A stretch of 40,443 bases of DNA. It comes from a virus. Its lineage: Duplodnaviria; Caudoviricetes. Shown here one piece after another: positions 9,451-19,100 of the stretch. A program made the position numbers and the translations under genes. The stretch spans positions 1 through 40,443 of IMG/VR virus record IMGVR_UViG_3300006641_000060, one strand, 5' to 3'. How positions within the stretch are numbered: position 1 is the first letter of the stretch; every line of letters begins with the position of its first letter. Below the pieces are notes generated by a model, which saw nothing but the letters and a program-made list of their open reading frames with translations, was not told the DNA's origin and searched no databases.

Positions 9451-10452
9451 TTATACAAGGGATCCATCGAAACCAAAATCATCACCATCTTCAATTAATA
9501 AATTATCAGCAGAAGTTATAGATTTAATCTCTACTCCAGCAAGATGAGAAGTGATAGTTGTATTATCTTTTCCCCTTTCGACCGTAAGAGTATTTCCTGC
9601 CACAAGTTTTACATAAATTTCCTCACCTTCTATCTCCAAGTATGTATTGGGTAGTATTGATGCTGCATCATTAACTACAATTAAAGTATCTGTAGTTGTT
9701 ATATCGCTTGACAAGTTTGTTAATACAATACCGGTGTAATTTTTTATCGCTCTTGGCTCTACGGAATATACAATTTCTCTCATTGGAGTTGTTGTAGAAT
9801 CTCCAGAAATGTAACTGACAGTAGTTTTTTTGATAATATCTTTTGTAGATGTAGAAATAGGACCAAAAAGATAAGTTTTTGCAGTAAATCTTAACGTATA
9901 TAATAGAACTCTTCTTGTAGTAAAATCTCCTTCATAATCATCCTGCATAGTAATATTCTCAAGAATAACAGGAATATCTCTTTTTTCATTAATAGTATCA
10001 ACAAGATCAACTGTCATAGTGTATGCTGGTTGAAAATATGGAATTATTTGTTCAATGATTTGAAGAGCATCGTCGTTAAGTTTGGACATTATACTGAGCT
10101 CAAATTGCATATTATATGGAACAGGAAGATATGACTTTTTAGTTTCTGTTGGATCAGTGGAAGATTTTGTAGTAAATGTTTGTGTTGTAGTTGCCTTTCT
10201 AGATGGATCGTATGTTAATCCAGTAAATTCAAATGACATCCTTGGCAATGTAATTTGAATTGGTTTATTTAAATTTGGAGATTGTTCTAATCTTGCAAGA
10301 AATTTTTGAGTTGGTCCATACGCAAGAGGAACTTTAATAATGCTTGTGACATTATTATTTTTATCATAATGCTTAATGTTTATTTCATTAAACAATGATC
10401 CAAAAGAAATTACAGTTCTTCTTAAAATTTCGTGATAAAAATATTCAAACAT
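9451..10452 (-). CDS. gp15: Tail sheath stabilizer / tail completion protein
   Basis: YFYHEILRRTVISFGSLFN, VPLAYGP, LPRMSFE, QIIEQIIPYFQP; follows gp14. Confidence 0.95.
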   Translation of the reverse strand: MFEYFYHEILRRTVISFGSLFNEINIKHYDKNNNVTSIIKVPLAYGPTQKFLARLEQSPNLNKPIQITLPRMSFEFTGLTYDPSRKATTTQTFTTKSSTDPTETKKSYLPVPYNMQFELSIMSKLNDDALQIIEQIIPYFQPAYTMTVDLVDTINEKRDIPVILENITMQDDYEGDFTTRRVLLYTLRFTAKTYLFGPISTSTKDIIKKTTVSYISGDSTTTPMREIVYSVEPRAIKNYTGIVLTNLSSDITTTDTLIVVNDAASILPNTYLEIEGEEIYVKLVAGNTLTVERGKDNTTITSHLAGVEIKSITSADNLLIEDGDDFGFDGSLV

Positions 10453-10489
10453 CTTCCTATTCCTTAGATTATTTAATCATAATAAAATA

Positions 10490-10497
10490 TATTTATA
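10490..10497 (-). promoter_or_regulatory. Late promoter TATAAATA
   Basis: Exact consensus in the gp14-gp15 intergenic gap. Confidence 0.75.
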
Positions 10498-10498
10498 A

Positions 10499-11905
10499 TC
10501 AAGGCATACCAAAAGGATTATTTTCGCTAAAATCTATAATTTCATTAGCTTCTTGTTCAATCTCTTCATTATTAGAAAATCCATCTTTAACTGCAAATAC
10601 ATCCACATTTTTCAAATAATGAGATGCACTAGACGCAGATCCTACAATATTTTCACCTGGAACAAATTCCCCATTTACATTTGATACTTCTAAAATGTTC
10701 GTAATAGAATTCCAAGATTTTACTCTTGCAGTAACGCCACTTTGAGATCCTGTCACAATTTCATTAAATACAAAAGTGCCGAAAGAATTAATAGATGGAC
10801 CACTAATAGTAATAGTTGGCGGTTCACTGTAACCAAGACCAGCATTTGTTATTCGAATTGCTGTTATAGAACCTGCAGCAGAAACAATAGCCGTTGCTGC
10901 TGCAGAAACTGAAGAAATTCCTGTAAATGATATTGACGGTGGATTTACATATCCAGAACCAGAATTGGTAATAGTTATAATACCAACAACTCCATCTCCA
11001 AGAGTTGCAGTTGCAGTTGCCCCCCTACCTCCTCCTCCTATAAATCTTACGCCAGGTGTAATAGTATATCCATATCCTGGATTAATTATTTCAACACTTT
11101 GAACTGATTTTGAATTGGGGTTAGTATTGTCATTACAAACAACAACTCCGCCTATCATTTTAGCAATAGCGGTTGCTGTTTTTCCACCATCTGGCGATGA
11201 AGAAATTCCTATTGTGGGTGTGCTTGTATATCCTCCACCCCTATTTGTAACTGTTATATATTTTATACCACCATTTACCATAGTTGTAATTGCACTCGCT
11301 GTAGATGCAATTCCGACCATTGTAAGTTTTTGAACATTTCCTGTAGGAGTAAATCCTTCAGAATCTGTTCCGCTGATATTATCATCAATATCTTCTATTC
11401 CAGTATCAATAACTTCATCTTCATATCTGAATAATTCGCATCTTAATTGATATGTATATAATCCTTGAAGTTGATAAAAAGGTTTTTCGTGCTCAACATA
11501 TTTTATTTCAAACAACCTGTCACCAAGAGGAAAATAAATCAAATCACCTTCCTTTGGCCTTGTCGATAATTTGATATTTAATTGTTCCTGTATCAGTGGA
11601 GTAATGTATGTTTTAAATCTTTCTCTGGAAATAATTAAGGTGATTTCATTGAGTGCTTGAATCCCAAACTTTGATAAAATAGTCGGATTATCGCCATATC
11701 CTTCATATGTGTCAACATAAGCTTCTATTGGATATGCACTAGTAAATTTAGATTCAATTACTTCTCTTATTATAGTTTTTTCAGTGATATATTTTCTTGG
11801 CAAATAATGAACCTCAACTCCATACATACGAAGTTGTTCATTTATTAAATCCTGAATAAGTCCTTGTTCTGTTTTTGAACCTTGGAGGAAAAAAGGATTA
11901 AGCAT
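10499..11905 (-). CDS. gp14: Neck protein gp14 with inserted repeat region
   Basis: LNPFF...EQ.LIQDLINEQLRMYG.EV.YLPR, RPKEGDLIYFPL, FEIKYVEHEKPFYQL, C-terminal DFSENNPFG. Confidence 0.95.
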   Translation of the reverse strand: MLNPFFLQGSKTEQGLIQDLINEQLRMYGVEVHYLPRKYITEKTIIREVIESKFTSAYPIEAYVDTYEGYGDNPTILSKFGIQALNEITLIISRERFKTYITPLIQEQLNIKLSTRPKEGDLIYFPLGDRLFEIKYVEHEKPFYQLQGLYTYQLRCELFRYEDEVIDTGIEDIDDNISGTDSEGFTPTGNVQKLTMVGIASTASAITTMVNGGIKYITVTNRGGGYTSTPTIGISSSPDGGKTATAIAKMIGGVVVCNDNTNPNSKSVQSVEIINPGYGYTITPGVRFIGGGGRGATATATLGDGVVGIITITNSGSGYVNPPSISFTGISSVSAAATAIVSAAGSITAIRITNAGLGYSEPPTITISGPSINSFGTFVFNEIVTGSQSGVTARVKSWNSITNILEVSNVNGEFVPGENIVGSASSASHYLKNVDVFAVKDGFSNNEEIEQEANEIIDFSENNPFGMP

Positions 11906-11909
11906 ATAT

Positions 11910-12761
11910 TTATCCGATCATGTCTAGAGGTGGAAGTTCATAAGTGCTAGACATTTTTTCCATTAAAATATCTATCTCTTTTTGGGCATCATCATACATT
12001 TGTCTTCCATTTAGTTCTACTCCTCCCGGAAGCTTTACTCCTGTAAATTTCATCATATTTTGACCCCATTGTTTTTTTATAAGTGAAGTCAAATATGGTT
12101 TTAGAAAAGAATCATTCCAAACTCTAGAGTAATCATTTGGATCCAATGTTGAATAGCAATCGATTATAAAATAATGATCTTTAGTGACAGATCCCCAATC
12201 AATATCTAAATATAACCTATCTTGTCTTTTATTAAAACGAATTTGCTTTTGAGTGTTTAAAAGAAAATCCAAATCTTCCAAGTAAGTTTTGACCATTGCA
12301 TAACTTAAAAGTTCCGTTGTTCCCCAATAATAAATATCATTTAAAAATAATTGATACTTTACACTGAACATATTGTGAGTAATTGTATTTGCTCCATCAA
12401 AAGTAAATATTTTATTTACTCCAATAATATTGGGAGGAACTTGAAGATAGTTACTATTTTCAAAATATGAAAAAGTTACTGCAGTCCCAACTATATTTGC
12501 AGTTGCAGTTGTAGTTACAACTCCAACGTTACTATTTTGATTTATTCCTCTAGCTTTACCTCTATCAATGTCATCCTGAGTAACTTTATATTTGTAAAAT
12601 GTTGGATAAACTCCATCAAAATGTCTTTCTTGAAAAAATTGAACAGCATCATCCACTAAATCTTCTATTTGCTCATCCGCAACATTAATTTCTAAAACGG
12701 GAGCTCCAAGTTTTCTTTTGCAATAATCAATTAGTTCTTGCCTAGTAGATGGTTGTGCCAT
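11910..12761 (-). CDS. gp13: Neck protein gp13
   Basis: LIDYCKRKLGAPVLEINV, KKQWGQNMMKF.GVKLPGGVELNG, ending PPLDMIG. Confidence 0.96.
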   Translation of the reverse strand: MAQPSTRQELIDYCKRKLGAPVLEINVADEQIEDLVDDAVQFFQERHFDGVYPTFYKYKVTQDDIDRGKARGINQNSNVGVVTTTATANIVGTAVTFSYFENSNYLQVPPNIIGVNKIFTFDGANTITHNMFSVKYQLFLNDIYYWGTTELLSYAMVKTYLEDLDFLLNTQKQIRFNKRQDRLYLDIDWGSVTKDHYFIIDCYSTLDPNDYSRVWNDSFLKPYLTSLIKKQWGQNMMKFTGVKLPGGVELNGRQMYDDAQKEIDILMEKMSSTYELPPLDMIG

Positions 12762-12925
12762 TAGATTTTAGATATAACTTCTTGTTGTTTAAAGTAAAGT
12801 TTTATGTAAGATTTTGCAAAATTGCGTAAAACTTCAATATCATCTATACTATCTATATCCCTAGATATTTTTTCATATTCAAACATTTTAGTCATGTTAT
12901 CTAGATTAATACTATTTGGATCCAT
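12761..12925 (-). CDS. 54-aa NblA-like (phycobilisome degradation adaptor-like) protein
   Basis: Not in track. MDPNSINLDNMTKMFEYEKISRDIDSIDDIEVLRNFAKSYIKLYFKQQEVISKI; AAGGAG RBS 8 nt upstream; TAATG overlap with gp13. The ORF is well supported; the NblA call is pattern-based only. Confidence 0.55.
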   Translation of the reverse strand: MDPNSINLDNMTKMFEYEKISRDIDSIDDIEVLRNFAKSYIKLYFKQQEVISKI

Positions 12926-13139
12926 TTCCTAACTCCTTCAACAAATCTTTAATTTCATTTATATCTTTTTTAAGATTTTCCAACTCACTTTCAATAGTTT
13001 CAACTTTTTGATTTTTTTCTTTTTTTAAATTTCTTAGTATAATATATTCATTATATGAATCAGTGTCGGTATTTAATATTGCTTTTGTTGTTTGGTCTCT
13101 AACTAAATTGACATGATTTTCTACTTTTAAATGTTTCAT
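12912..13139 (-). CDS. Small hypothetical protein with C-terminal coiled coil
   Basis: MKHLKVENHVNLVRD...AILNTD, then heptads IESELENLKKDINEIKDLL; ATG at 13139 just after the upstream stop is preferred over 13151. Confidence 0.8.
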   Translation of the reverse strand: MKHLKVENHVNLVRDQTTKAILNTDTDSYNEYIILRNLKKEKNQKVETIESELENLKKDINEIKDLLKELGNGSK

Positions 13140-13143
13140 AGTT

Positions 13144-16100
13144 TTATGCAAGTGCGATTACTCTTAAATCTTTAAGTCTTGGTGGATACGCTTGACTTGT
13201 TGATGTTCCTATAATTTTTATACTGTAAAATCTAAACGGAGGTAAGTTATCCACCGTAAATTCTAAATCTTTATATGAAATTTGATTGCTAGTTAGTGCT
13301 AAAGAATCAGTTTTTGACAAAAACTTATCAGGCGTTCCATCACTATTTGAAATATCAATAATTTGACCTGAAGATAAGATATTTGAATATCCTGGGAATG
13401 GGTAATAAATTAATTCTTCTGTAGAATTATTTGAGATAGCATAAAATGCTCTTATGTCATTAAAAATATTAATATACGAAGAGACATAAATCTTAATACA
13501 AGTCGCTGGAACCTCTAATGATATTGGATTAATCGCATATACGAATGCATTAGGGTCATTTACTATATCAGAAGTCCTATTATCTTTAATATAATCTGTA
13601 ATAGGAGCATTGACTCTGTTTGAAGTAAATACCATACCAACTCTATCCAAATCAATTACTGGAGATAGATAGGGGTTTGATGAAGTTAAATTCAATGACA
13701 AAGTGAATGACTTGTTTCCGGGTAGATTTGGAAGAGAATTTACTTCATTAATTCTTGATGCGATAAGTCTAGGAGAATTTAAATAATTGACATCTCTGAG
13801 ACTTATATCTTCAAATCCGTTATCAACAAAAGAAATTTCTGACCCATCAACACTTGTTGCTGTTATTGTTCTAATAGATGCTGATATATTAGTTCCAACC
13901 GGTGTCACATTCTCAACAATTGGAGTAATTACTTCATATTGTATATTTTCCGAGCACTTAATTGCATTCCCTCCGGTGGACTTTGATTCATTAAAATATA
14001 GTTTCGGTAAACTAGTTCCCACACTTCTATCAATACCATTTGAAGAAGTATCTATTTTAATGTTAAAATAATCAAGATCTATTGAATCGCTTACTGTAGA
14101 ATTTGATAAATTGTGAACTTTATTAATTCTTCTCAAAGAAATTCCATTAAGTTCATACTTATAAACAAGTGATCCACTTGTATAAGTTGTAGAGTTTGTT
14201 TGATCTATAGATCTGGTTATAGTTCCTGTAAGTGTATTGCCAGAGACTGCTGTATATGAAATAATTTCATTGCCAATAAGTATGTATCCTGGATTTGTAG
14301 TGGCTACACTAACATTTTCAAATGTCCCAAAGTTAGTTGCATCTTCAAGAATAATATCTGATGTTGAAGTTGATGAATAACTAGACAATAATTTTGTAGG
14401 GATTACATCTGACGCAACATTGGATATTTCTACTCTATTGAGATTGGAATGCATTCCATGATTTTTGTCATTTACTTTTATATGTAAACCATCAGTTATA
14501 ACAACAGGTGCGTCAGAAATCAGTATTCCTCCAGTGCTTTGATTGAGAGTAGTTGTAATTCCGGAATTATTAATATAAAGAACTGTGTTTCCTACTCCAG
14601 AAATAAAATCACCTTGAACATTATCCAAAATAAGTTCATTTGCACCAGTAATAGATGAGACAGATAATCTCAAATTTCTTCCTAATGTTGACCCACCGAT
14701 TTGAGATGCTGTTAAAACATCACCAACAGAATATCCCGTACCACCATTTGAAATAGTTGCTGCAATTGCAACGCCATTCGAAATAGTTATATTTGCTGTA
14801 GCATTTCTTCCACTTCCTGTCACATTTGATAGTGACACATTGCTAAAAGTATAAGAACCAGAAGAAGGCGTGTATCCAATTCCGGCGTTTATTAAATTTA
14901 GAGATCCTGTGGATATTCCTGCAGATCCAACGTAAATTCCAGTTGCATTTGATCCATATTGAAGAACAGTGTTTCCCAAAGTCAGTCCAGAATCTTGAAC
15001 TGTGCTTCCCAAACCAACTCTAATTTTTCTGGAAGAAATTTCAAGAGAATCTTTAAGTAAAACAAAAATCTGATCAGAATTGACATCTAATCTTGGATTA
15101 TAAAAATTAATAGATCCAGAATTAGTAAATGTTGCTCGGTACAATGTAAACTTTAAGTCCTCTAATTGACTTGGATTCCATGTCAAACCGTTTTGCGATT
15201 TAAATAGAGAACCTAAAATATTATTAGGTTGTGATGTAACTACTATTTGATTTGATTCCGTTTGACTTGCAGTGGAAATGTCAACTTCACCCAACCTTGA
15301 AATCCAAGCAGTGTATTCATTACTTGTAGATAAAAGAACTAATGCATGATATTGTGCTCCTGGCAAATAAACGGGAGAATCAAAATAAACGGTTGTGGGA
15401 ACACTAGCATCTTCTGAAACATTTACATATTTGGAATCTACTACAACCTCACTAAATGGATAAATTTGTTCTGTTGGAAGACCAAGACTCATTGGTCTCA
15501 ATTGAACTATAACGGGCAAAATTGGATCTTTTGTTCTGAAATACAAATCTACCCTAGTGACATATACTCCAAACTCAGTTTCTACATAAAAAGATTGAGC
15601 TAATGGGTCATTTTTAGTTAAACACTTTGCTTTAGCTTCAGCGGAAGTTTGAATACTTGTAAGAGCTTGTTGAATTGTTAAAGCTCCTGTTGCTACTTGA
15701 TTATTCCAATATGCAAATCCTGCGGCGTCTGGAGCTCTTCCTAGTGAAGAGTTATATGCGGCAGTAATTAAAGCGGCATTGGCTCCTGCTTGTGTTCCAG
15801 TAGTTGATGTAGAAACTGCCTTACTTGTTAGCGTATTCCCTGGTGTAGTAGTGGTTTGAGTTATTGCATATGACCCACCATAAGAACTAGTAAATGCTGA
15901 TTGTGAACTAACAGCAGCAAGAGTTCCACTTCCTAAAACAGTAGCTTCTGCACTAGTTCTAATACTTTGTTGTACTTTTGCTATAGATTGTTCATAAGTA
16001 AGTCCTTGTCCCTGATAAACAGAAACTTGATTTATCCAAAACGATTCTCCACCACTATCCGGTCTTCTTCCCAAATAATCGACATATGCTTTTTGAACCG

Positions 16101-19100
16101 CATTCACTGTTGAAACAAGACTAGTATCTTTAAGAGAACCTGTCGGAATAGCATTAGGATTTTGTAATATTGGAACAAAAGTTTCAGTTCCACCTACCTT
16201 AGGAAGACTTGTAGGCGCCGTTGGTGCATTTGATCCTATAATAGTGCTTCCAACAACAGTGGTTGATGTATCACTTGCTGGAATATCACTTTCTTGTTGA
16301 GTTTGAGTTTCTAGTCGTAAATTCCTAATAGAAACAATATTTTCTTGATTTTTACTTAAAATTCCAGTTGATTCAAATTTTTCTTCCGCACTAGTTGTTA
16401 CTAATCCGGGAATTTGTGAGTTGTCTCTATCACTACTGATCCTAAAAACTTTTGTACCAGTCTCAAAGTGTGGATTTACATCTACATTTGGATCGGGTAT
16501 AAAAATGCATCCAATTATTGTTCCAACATTATCTGTAATTAATCTTAAATTGGTTATTTCGGCAATTGCCCCACTTTTTTGTCCAGTCAATATCATTGAA
16601 ACTTCAATTGATCCGGAAAAATTATTTTCAACTTTGTCGGATAAACTAAAAGTATCAATATTTAGAATTGTTGATGTTGACGAGTATTGGTCAGCAATAC
16701 TTTGGTTATTGTATGGATTTATTGAATAAACATCTGTGGGATTGTCATAAGGACCATATTTATGATTCTGTGCGGCAACTCTAAATTCAATAGTTTTAGT
16801 GGGAATTTGTGGTGGAGATTGAACTGCATCTGAAGGATTTAAAGGTCTATTATAAGTTACAGTGGAAATAATTTTTGGAGATCCTACTACAGTTTCTCCA
16901 ACCTCAAAAGTTCCAGAAGTCATTGATATTTCAATCAATTTTGGAACAATGTATTCGTTAATATCTACTCCATCAAAAAATGCATATACTTGTGTTGATG
17001 GTTTTAATCTCCTGGCAATAAATTCTATATTTCTAGATCTTAAATATGAAGCAATCTCTATACTGACAACAGAGTCCCCAAAACTTAAATTATTAAATAC
17101 TTCCTTTATTACTTGTCTGGTTCCATTTCTACTTTTTGTTCCTGTTTTGGTATTTGTTATATAATCAGTTCTAATCCAATCATTTCCTTGCCATGCAGTT
17201 GAAGATGATGGAGTACTTTTTTCACCAGTCCAAGTATACTTCCAAGATTCCCAAGTAGTGGGACCATACCCAGTGTTTGGATCAAATCCTCCCGCAACTA
17301 ACTGCTGATAATTTTCTGTATAGTTATCAACCTCTAAAGTCTTTGGTTTTAATTTAACAGTATCTACCCAGATATCTGAAGAAGGATTCAATTCAATAGT
17401 GCCAGCATAGTAATTAACTAGATATGGGGTTACGTTTTCAACTCTTGTTGCAAAAGGTTGAATTACATATTCAAGTTCCGCATAATCTAAAGTCAATATT
17501 CTTCCTGTTCTAGTTACATTAATTCCATCTAAGTCATTCACAAATCTTTGATCAACAGTTGGATTTGATGTAGTTCCTATTCCTATTACTGTATTTGAAC
17601 CCAAAACTAAATCAAGAGTATTTGTGTAATGAGAAGGTCTTAATTCTGAATTCTTTATATCAATTGAGTTTTTAACTATTGTTTTTGTAATTTGGGAATT
17701 TGTAGTTGAAAAATCATCAACAAAAAAACCAGATTTAAATCTATTCAATCCATCTACATCTCTAATATAAAGGTTAGAAGTATCTGATTCTAAAAGTGAA
17801 AGTGAAGTATAAAATTCCAAATTTTGAATTCTGTCTTCAAGTTTTTTAATGTCAGACATTCTATATCTTTTATGTTCAGTCAAATTAACACTTACTTCTG
17901 ATATATTGCAAATATATGGTGGTAATGTTATAGTCGCAACTTCTAAAGCATTTTCAATATTATTTGGTGTTTTTGGAGTTTCTTCTGGAATACCATTTAT
18001 AAGTTGAAACACTCCATCTTTTGTAAGATAAATCTTATCAATTCTTGGTAAATAGAAAGAATAATCCAAAATGAAAGACTCATCAGATGCTAAAACATTT
18101 GATGCAGAATTTCCAGATGAAGTGAAATTTCTAGCATTAAATTCAAATGGGGATAAATTTGTTGAAGTAAATTCAGAAACTCTAGGTCTAATGTCAATTA
18201 GATCGGAAACTTTAACTGAATCAATCTTAGCAATATCACAATAATCAAATTGCTGATAAGAATTTGCGCTTGTTATATCTCCATTATCGGAAGAAGAAAA
18301 TTCTGCAGACTCAAAAAGAATTTTCAATTTTTTAGTTGGTTCTTTTGCTGTAGGTTTTCTTGTTATTTTTGAATAATCATAATATGTTTCTTTTTGCCCA
18401 TTATCTAATATAAAATTAGAAGTAATATTATTATCTCCACTTTGAATTTCGGTAACAGTAGCACTAATTCCGGATTCTTTAAACAAAATTGTTTCTCCAT
18501 CAACAATTTTGTTTGAATTCAGTGAAATATAATTTATTTTTAAATCATTCACTCTTCCTACATATATTCCAACAAATTTACTATCTTTACTTGTAAATTC
18601 TTCTCCAATTAAAAGATCGCCAGTTTTGTTAGTTGGTCCGGTCAATCCCGACAAAGTTAATGATGGCAAACTAACATTATTTGAAGAATTTGATTCAAAT
18701 ATTGCATGAATTTTAGTAACTTCTGGAACTAATAAGCAAATATCTTCATCTTGGACTCTTGTACCATATAAAGAACTATATGCCAATCCATCATTCAACG
18801 TGGTTGTTCCTATACCAGATTGTGAATACTTTGATCCAACTATATCAATACTTTTTACTCTATTTTTATTTTTAATTTTTGATTTAATATTTACTTTTCT
18901 TAAAGTTGCTATAAGTTTTGCTGTACCATCTGCACTGAGACCATTGATAGTCAAAGTTGCTCCACCATTGGTAAAAACAAATTTATCTTGACTTAAAACT
19001 TCTGTTCCACCATCAGATCGTATTAAAACATATCTTTCCTCATCAAAAGGTAAAAATGATTCATCTGGTCCAGCAGTTATAGCTGCAGTAGAATTTGATG

